Virus record (IMG/VR): IMGVR_UViG_2821091796_000001
Coordinates: 64,001-118,187 of that record
Strand: one strand, 5' to 3'
DNA: 54,187 bases
Source: a virus
Taxonomy: Duplodnaviria; Heunggongvirae; Uroviricota; Caudoviricetes
Under the pieces are notes generated by a model that was not told where the DNA came from, searched no databases, and saw nothing but the letters and a program-made list of their open reading frames with translations. Every line of letters begins with the position of its first letter. The stretch's first letter is position 1. Position numbers and translations under genes: made by a program. Shown in pieces: positions 1 to 8,338 of the stretch.

Positions 1-3000
1 CTGGTCGAGGGCAAGTTCACCTATCCGAACTCAGCCTTTGTGTTTATGGATATTGATGCTGAGCTTTTCGGCTCGAGCATCCCCGCGCGCTCCTATCACG
101 TTCGTGGCCTGAAAGTTAATGTCCCTTCGAACTATGACCCGATCACACGCACCTACGCTGGCGTGTGGAACGGCACATTCAAGATTGCCTGGACCTCAAA
201 TCCGGCCTGGGTGTTCTACGATCTTCTGATCAACGACCGATATGGTTTGGGTGAGTTCATCGATCCCAATGGTATTGATAAGTGGGGTCTTTACCAGATC
301 GCTCGCTATTGCGACGAAAATGTCTTCAGCGGATACAAGACCGCTCAAGGCGTTAAGATCATGGGGCCGCGCTACCAGTTCAATGGCGTGATCAACTCGC
401 GTAAGGAAGCCTTCGAGGTTCTTCGCGACGTTGCGGCTACCTTCCGCGGCATGAGCTTCTGGAACGTCAACCAGATCTTTGCCGTTGCCGACCTTCCATC
501 CGATCCACAGAAGCTTGTCTCGCCTGCCAACGTTATCAATGGTGACTTTACTTATTCTGGCACTGCTATTTCGGCGCGTCACTCCGTCGCCATCGTCAAT
601 TGGAATGACCCGAACGATTTCTACCGCCCTGCTACCGAAGTCGTCATTAACGACGAAATGCTCAAGAAGTATGGCTGGAAGGAAACCAAGTATCAGGCGA
701 CCGGCTGCACCAATCGCGGTCAGGCACATCGCATCGGCCGCTGGATCCTCGATGTCGAGCAGAACGAAACCGAGACGGTCAATTACGAGTGCTCATTCGA
801 CCATATCGACGTGCGTCCATTTGATATCATCGCGATTGCAGATCCGCGTAAGGCCGCCTATCGCAACGGTGGGCGTTTGGCAGGCGTGGATATCTCCGGA
901 ACAAAAATCACCTTTGACGCGCCCTTCCAGTTTATCGCCGGCGAGACCCATTATCTATCGGCTGTGCTTCCGGACGGCAATGTCGTCACCAAGCAGGTCG
1001 GCGCTTGGACCGAAGTAACCGATGGTCATGCCCTCGGCGCAACGCTAACCACTCCATTTTCACCGCTGCCGATCGTTGGAGCCATGTGGGCCATCGCATC
1101 GGCATCCGCACGTCCGCGTCAGTATCGCGTCCTCAATATTGAGGAGAGCGACAAGAACAAGTTCAAGATCACGGCGCTGTTCCATGATCCCAATAAATAC
1201 GCACGTGTCGAGGACGAGACGCTTCTCGAGCCGATCCGTTATACTCGTCCGCCGAATTCGATCAAAGCACCGACGAACCTTAAGGCACAGCAATCACGTT
1301 CTTATGAGAATGGCGCGCCGAAGAACCGTATCTTGTTCGGCTGGACGCCGGCTGATGACTTCATGGCAACGCGCTACCGCGTGTATGCCTCGACGCCTGA
1401 CGGCAAGATTGATTTTGGGGAAACAGCGCAGACCTCGATCGATGTCGATAATGTTGTCGATGGTCTCTACATCTTCGCCGTTGAGGCGCTCGGCTATAAC
1501 GGGCTGCGCTCTCAGCCGGCAGTGCTTGAATTCCATGCGGAAGGCTTCGGCGCATCCGAAATGCCAAGCATCGAGAACCTCGTGCTTGCCAACGGCGTAT
1601 CGGGCACATTCCCAGGATCTCGTGTTGAGCTAACCTGGGACAACAAGTTCCCAGGCTCGACCGCTGCAAACAATCCATTCTTCCTGCGCAATAACGTCAA
1701 GGTCTATGACGCGACCAAGACGCCTGAAGCCCTTTTGCGCAATGAAGTGGTGCTTGTTCCGAGCTACACCTACGACATCGACAAGAACATGGCTGACACA
1801 TCAGCGCTTGGCCGCATCCCTGCGCGCCGGCTGCGCTTCGAAGTAACTGTCTCCGATGTGTTCGAACGCACTTCGTTGCCAAAGACGATCACTGTCGAGA
1901 ATCCTGCGCCTGGCGTTGCCGTCGTGCAGGTTCAGGCGGGCTTTGCCCAGATCTATGTCTCTTGGCAGCCCAATTTTGATCTGGACTACGCAGGCACCGC
2001 GGTCTGGCTCGAGAAGAATAGTGGCTACAATCCGCAGGAGACTGAGCCAAAGTTCTCCGGTCGCGGTGGTGCTTATGTCTTCAAGACCGACGAGACCGTG
2101 CCGTTTTATGTCCGTGTCGGTCACTACGACAGCTTCTCGCGCATTCCCGAAAACGTCTCCAGCGAATTCATGATTACGCCGCTGTCACTTGACCTGGATA
2201 CAGAACCGCCAGCGGTGCCGTCTGGCCTCACGCTGACTTCCAGGGTCGATACCGTAGAGGGCGTCGCTCAGCGCGTCCTTCTGCAGGCTACCTGGAATGC
2301 TGCCGAAGAAAAAGACTTTGCCTACTACGATGTTCGCATCCGTGAAGGACAGGGTAACTACGTCTCCATGACAACGGCCGAAAACCGCTATGAGTGGTCG
2401 GTCAAGCCTGAGACGGAATATACCGTGACCGTGCGCGGCGTTGATATGCTCGGCAATCAGTCCACCTATGCTGGGACGGCAACGCATAAGACGATCGAGT
2501 GTGACGAAATTGCTGACCTGATTAACGGCGGAAGCACATCGATCAATCCGGGCAAGATTCGTATTTCCGGAAACACCTATCTTTCCGACTGGCGCAAAGG
2601 CGGCGATGAAACCAGAATCGATGGCGGTGAGCTTTCGGCAAATACGGTGCGAGCAAATACGCTTGAGATCGGGCTTCGAAATCTGGTGTTCGAAGGACTC
2701 ACATTCGAACATAACAAGCCAGCCGCCAATCAGGTTTCATGGACATCCGGTGTCATCCGATATCCGGGTGACGATGGCAATATTGCTTCGCGAACCGTTG
2801 TCGCTGGAATTGCAACCTGGACTTCAGGATCGCTTTATTTGATCTGGCTGAAAGGCGCGACCGAAATCACCACGACTACGGTTGTTGCAACAGCCTACGC
2901 CTCAAATGCGGTTGTGCTTGCGGTCTATCGGGGAAACACGGACCTCGTCACCGATGCCGGCAAGACGATCATTGACGGTTCGAACATCAAGACTGGCACG

Positions 3001-3885
3001 ATCGACGCTCAGCAGATTAAAGCCAAGGCAATTAAATCAGATTTGATTGATGCGGGAGCGATCAATACGGGTCATTTGCAGTCTGGTTCCATTACAGCAG
3101 AGACACTTGCTGTCGGCACTGGCGGTAACTGGCTGGACAATTCCGACATGTCAGCTGGTCTGGCAAACTGGGTTAAGATTGATGGCACGGGAGGTGTAGC
3201 TTCGGTTTTATCCATTCGAACCGATACGTATGCGCCTGTAGGTGGAGCCCTTGAAGTTGTCGTTGCAAACGGCGTCACTGACAGCACTTATTACACTGAC
3301 GTCTATGCCGCGAATGTCGATGGATCCATAAGGGATTTCCCGGTCGAGCCAGGTCAGAAATATGAGTTCTCGGTCTATGCCTTGAACCATCGATCCACTG
3401 CGCAGATTTACATGCAGTTCAAGGATGCTGATAACAATCACATCGCTTACGCTGCAAGTTCGGTCTTTCCGAGCGACGACATTAATCCACTTAAAAACCT
3501 CGCCAATTACAAGCGAGTATTCGTGATAGCGACAGCACCCGCCGGCGCTGTTCGAATGACAGTGCGTCTTCGTAAGGGAGCGACCCTTACGAGCACGTCG
3601 AGCTACATGTGGATGACGCGTGCCAAGCTCGCAAAAGCGGAAGTAAATCAGACCGGTCCTTCACCATGGGCCGTCGGCGGATCGACCAAAATCGGCGCTG
3701 GTCATATCGAGACCAGCTCTCTGTCGGCGATCAGCGCAAACCTTGGCGCAATCACTGCAGGCTCTCTCAATATCAACAACCGCTTCATAGTGGATGGCGC
3801 CGGTAACACGACGATCCGTTCCGCCACCTCTGGCGCTCGTCTGGAAATGACGAGTTCTTACATCCTGATGGTGGATGGCACATAA
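1..3885 (+). CDS. Tail tip / host-specificity protein J (TipJ-like), 5'-partial
   Basis: Frame open from base 1; lambda-J motifs (AWTSNPAWVFYDLL, RYGLG, DKWGLYQIARYCDE, RYQFNG), FN3-like repeats, a CBM-like segment (~3120-3650) and a DUF1983-like end (SLSAISANLGAITAG). Confidence 0.92.
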   Translation: MVEGKFTYPNSAFVFMDIDAELFGSSIPARSYHVRGLKVNVPSNYDPITRTYAGVWNGTFKIAWTSNPAWVFYDLLINDRYGLGEFIDPNGIDKWGLYQIARYCDENVFSGYKTAQGVKIMGPRYQFNGVINSRKEAFEVLRDVAATFRGMSFWNVNQIFAVADLPSDPQKLVSPANVINGDFTYSGTAISARHSVAIVNWNDPNDFYRPATEVVINDEMLKKYGWKETKYQATGCTNRGQAHRIGRWILDVEQNETETVNYECSFDHIDVRPFDIIAIADPRKAAYRNGGRLAGVDISGTKITFDAPFQFIAGETHYLSAVLPDGNVVTKQVGAWTEVTDGHALGATLTTPFSPLPIVGAMWAIASASARPRQYRVLNIEESDKNKFKITALFHDPNKYARVEDETLLEPIRYTRPPNSIKAPTNLKAQQSRSYENGAPKNRILFGWTPADDFMATRYRVYASTPDGKIDFGETAQTSIDVDNVVDGLYIFAVEALGYNGLRSQPAVLEFHAEGFGASEMPSIENLVLANGVSGTFPGSRVELTWDNKFPGSTAANNPFFLRNNVKVYDATKTPEALLRNEVVLVPSYTYDIDKNMADTSALGRIPARRLRFEVTVSDVFERTSLPKTITVENPAPGVAVVQVQAGFAQIYVSWQPNFDLDYAGTAVWLEKNSGYNPQETEPKFSGRGGAYVFKTDETVPFYVRVGHYDSFSRIPENVSSEFMITPLSLDLDTEPPAVPSGLTLTSRVDTVEGVAQRVLLQATWNAAEEKDFAYYDVRIREGQGNYVSMTTAENRYEWSVKPETEYTVTVRGVDMLGNQSTYAGTATHKTIECDEIADLINGGSTSINPGKIRISGNTYLSDWRKGGDETRIDGGELSANTVRANTLEIGLRNLVFEGLTFEHNKPAANQVSWTSGVIRYPGDDGNIASRTVVAGIATWTSGSLYLIWLKGATEITTTTVVATAYASNAVVLAVYRGNTDLVTDAGKTIIDGSNIKTGTIDAQQIKAKAIKSDLIDAGAINTGHLQSGSITAETLAVGTGGNWLDNSDMSAGLANWVKIDGTGGVASVLSIRTDTYAPVGGALEVVVANGVTDSTYYTDVYAANVDGSIRDFPVEPGQKYEFSVYALNHRSTAQIYMQFKDADNNHIAYAASSVFPSDDINPLKNLANYKRVFVIATAPAGAVRMTVRLRKGATLTSTSSYMWMTRAKLAKAEVNQTGPSPWAVGGSTKIGAGHIETSSLSAISANLGAITAGSLNINNRFIVDGAGNTTIRSATSGARLEMTSSYILMVDGT

Positions 3886-4250
3886 TGACCAACCGTTTGA
3901 TTTTTGGCAATTTTAACGGCGAACAGGTGCTTAGAATATCAAGACCTGGTTTCGATGTTTTGGGCAATCTAACCGACGAACAGCTCGCGTTCGATAGTCG
4001 ATGGTATTACACCGGCCGCGTCTGGTTAAAGGGTGTCGCAAATATAGGCGCTGGTCCATACACCATCGATTTTGGACGCACATTCCAAAAACTGCCGATG
4101 GTCGAGATTTTCTACACCGTCTCGGGATCGCCTTATTACAGGCAGGGTTCGTTCGACCAGTATTCGTTCACCAACTACAACATGACCCTTCGGTTCACGG
4201 CGAGTAATGCCCAAAACAAGAACGTCTATTATTTTGTCATGGAGTCGTAG
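3885..4250 (+). CDS. Tail-tip accessory protein, paralogue 1
   Basis: TAATG overlap with J; N-terminal LRISRPGFDV motif shared with the next two genes. Confidence 0.7.
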   Translation: MTNRLIFGNFNGEQVLRISRPGFDVLGNLTDEQLAFDSRWYYTGRVWLKGVANIGAGPYTIDFGRTFQKLPMVEIFYTVSGSPYYRQGSFDQYSFTNYNMTLRFTASNAQNKNVYYFVMES

Positions 4251-4252
4251 AG

Positions 4253-4615
4253 ATGGCTCCAAGAATTATTCTAGGCGATGCCGGGGCAGGGCAGATTTTC
4301 AGGATATCGAGGCCTGGCAAGAATGTATTGAACGCAAGTCAAGACGATCTCATGTTCGATGGCTACAATCCAATGTTGCAGATGGTGCACAGGGGTGTGG
4401 TTCGCATTCCTGTCGCCAAGGGTTCTTACGTCGAAGTAAACACCATTGATCAAGGTTATTGGCCGCTCATTCATCTAGCGGGTGGGTGGGCTTACACCGT
4501 TGGTATCCACTACCTTTCGAACAGCACCTTCCGAATTGGATATTTCGATGACTCGTTTGTATCTGGATCTCCTGTCGCTGTGAGCTACATCGTCACAAAT
4601 CAGAGGTTTGGCTAA
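4253..4615 (+). CDS. Tail-tip accessory protein, paralogue 2
   Basis: N-terminal FRISRPGKNV motif; tightly packed in operon. Confidence 0.7.
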   Translation: MAPRIILGDAGAGQIFRISRPGKNVLNASQDDLMFDGYNPMLQMVHRGVVRIPVAKGSYVEVNTIDQGYWPLIHLAGGWAYTVGIHYLSNSTFRIGYFDDSFVSGSPVAVSYIVTNQRFG

Positions 4616-5065
4616 ATGAGCAATCGTCTCTTGATGCGACCTGACCTCGTTCGAGTATCTCGAGCCGGAACTGACGTTTACACGGCAGGATGGGATAATC
4701 TTCTCTTCACGACAGAGAGGTCGGTGCAGCATTTTTTCTTGGAAGGGCTCGTTAACCTTCCAAACGGAAACGGCAGTAACACTCAGTCAGGAACGACAGA
4801 GATTTTCTTCGGAAAAACCTTTCCGACGGCGCCGTGGTTTTACCTCCAGGTTGGCAACTATTTTCCCAATAGCTTTTGCTACATAGGCGCCATCGGCAAC
4901 TATAACGGATCCAATAATACAAGCTGGTGGGCAACTGTTGGATACCCGGACCCGCTAATTGGGTGGGGTGGTGACAGACTTCCGATCAGCTGGTTTGTCG
5001 AAAGAAATGCCGTTCCGTCAGGGCCGGTAAGATACAGAATTTTGGATTTGGATCTGGAAAATTAA
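4616..5065 (+). CDS. Tail-tip accessory protein, paralogue 3
   Basis: N-terminal VRVSRAGTDV motif; abuts previous stop. Confidence 0.7.
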   Translation: MSNRLLMRPDLVRVSRAGTDVYTAGWDNLLFTTERSVQHFFLEGLVNLPNGNGSNTQSGTTEIFFGKTFPTAPWFYLQVGNYFPNSFCYIGAIGNYNGSNNTSWWATVGYPDPLIGWGGDRLPISWFVERNAVPSGPVRYRILDLDLEN

Positions 5066-5074
5066 GGAGTCGAA

Positions 5075-5572
5075 ATGATCGTCCAGCACACTGACGAAGG
5101 TTTTATCACCAACATCATGTTCGACCCTGTTCCTGACGAGATCGTTCAGGCAATGACGAACAAGAATATCAAATTCATCAACATCAAGGGCACTCCGCTA
5201 CCCCCTGAACAGTTGTTACATCCCATCAGCGGCGAAATGGTGGTTGATGAACTGGGAGAGCCCATCTTTCAGTCGCCTGGACTACGTGACGTGATCATAG
5301 ACCTATCGCACGATTATGTCTTTGACGGTGCAATCACCCCTCGGCCCATTTTCGAAGCCCCGGATATAATTCACATCAAAGCCGATGGCGTGGACATGCA
5401 GGTCGTCGAGAACCTACCTGAAGGCGCAACACTGATCGTTGATGGGAAGATTCACATGCTTGAAGGAACGTCGTTGACGATCTCGTCGGACATGCCTGCT
5501 CAATACGATATCCTCATTCAAAAATTTCCGTATCTCGATCGAACAATTAGGGTGGTCGCCGATGCTGCTTAA
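5075..5572 (+). CDS. Hypothetical tail-associated protein
   Basis: AGGAG RBS; position in tail operon. Confidence 0.65.
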   Translation: MIVQHTDEGFITNIMFDPVPDEIVQAMTNKNIKFINIKGTPLPPEQLLHPISGEMVVDELGEPIFQSPGLRDVIIDLSHDYVFDGAITPRPIFEAPDIIHIKADGVDMQVVENLPEGATLIVDGKIHMLEGTSLTISSDMPAQYDILIQKFPYLDRTIRVVADAA

Positions 5573-5996
5573 ACTTACCAAGGATTTGCCCGAACTAAGG
5601 AAATCCGCAAATGCAACAATCGATACGGAAGCCGAAGCTTTACGCTTGACGTTCATCACGCCTGGCGACGGGCAGGCGATGGCTTATCAGCAGAAAAAGC
5701 TCGAGGCGGAAGCGTATCTTGCCAACACCTTGATCTCGCCGGCTGAGGTTCCGCATATCGCCTTTGAGGCCGAGGCTGCCGGAGTATCGTTGATGGAGCA
5801 GTCAATGCTCGTGGTGACGATGTTTCATGAATGGCAACAGATTTCGGCGTTGATTGAAAAAGCGCGTCTGTCGGCCAAGAGTCGGGTTGGTCAAGCTGCG
5901 GATCCCCAAGCAATCGAAACGGCCGCTCAAGTTGATTGGTCCGAGGTATTAGGACTTGCAAATCGTTCTGCGGTTGTGGATAATGTAAGTCAATAA
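5562..5996 (+). CDS. Tail assembly / DUF4376-like protein
   Basis: ITPGDGQAMAYQQKKLEAEAY motif typical of alphaproteobacterial phage tail-associated proteins; overlaps upstream gene. Confidence 0.55.
   Translation: MLLKLTKDLPELRKSANATIDTEAEALRLTFITPGDGQAMAYQQKKLEAEAYLANTLISPAEVPHIAFEAEAAGVSLMEQSMLVVTMFHEWQQISALIEKARLSAKSRVGQAADPQAIETAAQVDWSEVLGLANRSAVVDNVSQ
5956..5984 (+). promoter_or_regulatory. Putative sigma70-type promoter for the lysis cassette
   Basis: TTGCAA-17-GATAAT immediately followed by an operator. Confidence 0.5.
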
Positions 5997-6004
5997 TGAT
6001 TTAC
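5985..6004. promoter_or_regulatory. Palindromic operator copy 1
   Basis: GTAAGTCAATAATGATTTAC. Confidence 0.85.
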
Positions 6005-6024
6005 TTTATTTCTAGGAGCCTAGT

Positions 6025-6360
6025 ATGTCTGGTCAAGTTGAAGGCTTCAGGATTACGCCGGCGAGGGTTGCGTTCTTCCTATCCCTCGTCGCCGCCGTCA
6101 GCGTCTTCAAGCCGATCTATACCTATCTCAGCGACCAGATCGTTCATGAGACTGTTCAGGACAATAGGATCACCAAGACCGAACAGGATGTCGCCAGCTT
6201 TCGTGGCGACGTGAAAGAGCTCAAGGGCTCGATTGACGGGCTCAAAGACCAAGTCGTTCGCCTAACCATCGTGCTCGAAGGCCAAGATCGCAAGAAGGCG
6301 CTTCTTACGTTGCCTGCACAGCAATTCCAGTCCCCGCGAGACATCGCAAATATTGAATAG
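6025..6360 (+). CDS. Single-TM coiled-coil protein (XhlA/holin-like lysis accessory)
   Basis: AGGAG RBS; N-terminal hydrophobic helix then heptad coiled coil; directly upstream of endolysin. Confidence 0.55.
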   Translation: MSGQVEGFRITPARVAFFLSLVAAVSVFKPIYTYLSDQIVHETVQDNRITKTEQDVASFRGDVKELKGSIDGLKDQVVRLTIVLEGQDRKKALLTLPAQQFQSPRDIANIE

Positions 6361-6372
6361 GAGTAATCCTTT

Positions 6373-6888
6373 ATGACTGCATTCCAGAGTTCTGGTCCTA
6401 CGTGGATCGACATCGCAGCTCGCTACATTGGCGAGCGCGAAATCAAAGGCCCCAAGCACAATTCAAAAATCCTAGAGTGGTGGGAAAAGATGAAGGCGCC
6501 TTATCGCGACGATGAGACCGCCTGGTGCGGCGCATTTGTCGGCGGTGTTTTGGTTGAGGCCGGCCTTCCCGCCTATCCCAAAGGAGCAGGGGCTCGCAAC
6601 TGGCTCGAATACGGCACACCGCTGAGTCAACCGGCCGTTGGTTGCATCGTCGTCTTTTGGCGCGGATCGAAGTCGGGTTGGTCCGGCCATGTTGGCTTCG
6701 TCGTCGGCAAGGATCAGGCAGGCAATCTGATGGTTCTGGGCGGCAATCAGGGCGACATGGTATCGATCAAGCCTTTCGGCAAGGATCGCATTCTCGGCTA
6801 TCGCTGGCCTTCGATCGCTCCGGTTGCAAGCCGATATGTTCTGCCGGTTCTGCGTTCCGATGGACGCCTTAGCACCGACGAAGCCTAA
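6373..6888 (+). CDS. Endolysin, TIGR02594 family (NlpC/P60-CHAP-like)
   Basis: DDETAWCGAFV, GHVGF and VLGGNQ motifs (Cys-His dyad). Confidence 0.85.
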   Translation: MTAFQSSGPTWIDIAARYIGEREIKGPKHNSKILEWWEKMKAPYRDDETAWCGAFVGGVLVEAGLPAYPKGAGARNWLEYGTPLSQPAVGCIVVFWRGSKSGWSGHVGFVVGKDQAGNLMVLGGNQGDMVSIKPFGKDRILGYRWPSIAPVASRYVLPVLRSDGRLSTDEA

Positions 6889-6891
6889 TTA

Positions 6892-6911
6892 GTCAATCAG
6901 GATTGATTTAC
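6892..6911. promoter_or_regulatory. Palindromic operator copy 2
   Basis: GTCAATCAGGATTGATTTAC, abuts ATG at 6912. Confidence 0.65.
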
Positions 6912-7376
6912 ATGTCCGAAGTCAAAGACCACATCGCTGAGTTGATCGAGGCATACCGCGTCAACAAGAAGCTCATCGCCTACGGCATTTCTGCGACGCA
7001 GGCTTTGATCGATGGCGTCAAAGTTGAGGCCAACAATGTCGATGAGGAAACGGCAATGGAACTGTTCGAGGTCGATTACCTCGAGGTTCCAGGTTTTGAC
7101 GATCTGCCGGCCGAGCTTCATTCTCAGTTGTTCGCCATCGGCGTGATCGTCGGCACGACACGCGCTGCCTTGATGCTGCAATCAGCCTTGCGCGAATTTG
7201 CACCGCGCAAGACGCAACACATCACCGGCATCATGGAACTTGATAATTACACCGACTGCGCATCGCTGGTTTCCCGCGGCAAGACCGAAGAGTTGATCGA
7301 AATGGTCAATCTGAAGTTCGCGGATCTGTGCAAACGCCTCGATGCTAAGTTCCCAACCTTCCGGACGCTCGAATGA
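6912..7376 (+). CDS. Degenerate GH108 lysozyme-like protein
   Basis: YGIS...A..LF..DY....DDLP..L...LF..GV..G..RA..MLQ.AL pattern matches GH108; the N-terminal EGG catalytic motif is absent. Confidence 0.55.
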   Translation: MSEVKDHIAELIEAYRVNKKLIAYGISATQALIDGVKVEANNVDEETAMELFEVDYLEVPGFDDLPAELHSQLFAIGVIVGTTRAALMLQSALREFAPRKTQHITGIMELDNYTDCASLVSRGKTEELIEMVNLKFADLCKRLDAKFPTFRTLE

Positions 7377-7636
7377 GCCAAGGTCTTCCTCCAAAGACAT
7401 CCCGGACATTCACCAAGCGGATGCTGATTGCTAACGTGATCCTGTGTTGGGCTGAGATTTTCTTTGGCACCTATATGGGCGCGACTGAAGGTGTGATCGT
7501 TGCCGCATTCGGTCTGATCGGCATCTGCTTCTCGGCCTATATGGGCGTCGGGCACTTCGACTTCCGTAGGGCGACTGATTTCATCACATCAATGACGAAT
7601 GCTTCGCAATCCGACGAAGTGGAGCCGAAGGAATGA
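7373..7636 (+). CDS. Putative holin (2 TM)
   Basis: Two hydrophobic helices, charged C-terminus; between lysin-like genes and spanins. Confidence 0.55.
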   Translation: MSQGLPPKTSRTFTKRMLIANVILCWAEIFFGTYMGATEGVIVAAFGLIGICFSAYMGVGHFDFRRATDFITSMTNASQSDEVEPKE

Positions 7637-8013
7637 TTGCCAAGCTTCTTCAGCCATTCCTAATTCCAATTGCCTTCGTCGCCGGCCTTTTGCTGATGTT
7701 CTGCGGCTACGGTCTTTACGATACCTGGCTTGCCTATCCGGCGGTAAAGAAAGAGGCCCTCCAGGGCTATGTGCTTGAGACGACACTTATCGCAAAGCAG
7801 GCAGAGCTTGACGCTGTGCGCAGACAGATCGGCCTGCAGATGATCGCACAAAGTCAATTCGAAACAGTGCTGAAACACGTTCAGGAGCTCGCTGACGCGA
7901 ACCAAGCACAAAACGCACAGGAAATAGCTGACTATGAAAAGAAGCTCGCTGACGCTGGCCGTAGCTGTCCTATCGACGCTGACGATATTAAGTGGCTGCG
8001 GAACAGCAAGTAA
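7633..8013 (+). CDS. i-spanin (Rz-like)
   Basis: N-terminal TM anchor, helical periplasmic part, overlapped by a lipoprotein gene. Confidence 0.7.
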   Translation: MIAKLLQPFLIPIAFVAGLLLMFCGYGLYDTWLAYPAVKKEALQGYVLETTLIAKQAELDAVRRQIGLQMIAQSQFETVLKHVQELADANQAQNAQEIADYEKKLADAGRSCPIDADDIKWLRNSK

Positions 8014-8269
8014 GGAGCTGAAGGCAGCCGCTATCACGCAAGGAACCGTTGATGCTGGCCTTAATCTTCTGGATATGCCGCCTGATTGCCGAAAGACCGA
8101 GCAACACCCGCCGCTTGTTATCGGAATGGAAGCACTCACTGCGGCAAAGTTGGAGGGTCAAGCTCTCGATCGCCAGAATGCCCGGACGAACCGCTGCAAT
8201 GCTTATCAGGATCAGGTCCGGAAAGAACTCTCAGAATTAAGCCGGAAGATCAGGACGAAGACGGAGTAA
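7934..8269 (+). CDS. o-spanin (Rz1-like lipoprotein)
   Basis: Signal peptide with lipobox LSGC; overlaps Rz-like gene in another frame. Confidence 0.72.
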   Translation: MKRSSLTLAVAVLSTLTILSGCGTASKELKAAAITQGTVDAGLNLLDMPPDCRKTEQHPPLVIGMEALTAAKLEGQALDRQNARTNRCNAYQDQVRKELSELSRKIRTKTE

Positions 8270-8290
8270 CGCCGTCTTTCGTTCATTACT
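8258..8290 (+). terminator. Possible terminator after lysis cassette
   Basis: AAGACGG/CCGTCTT stem followed by a T-rich tract. Confidence 0.4.
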
Positions 8291-8338
8291 ATTCTTCTAT
8301 TCTACTAAATAACACATATGACGAAACGAGGCAGGGAA

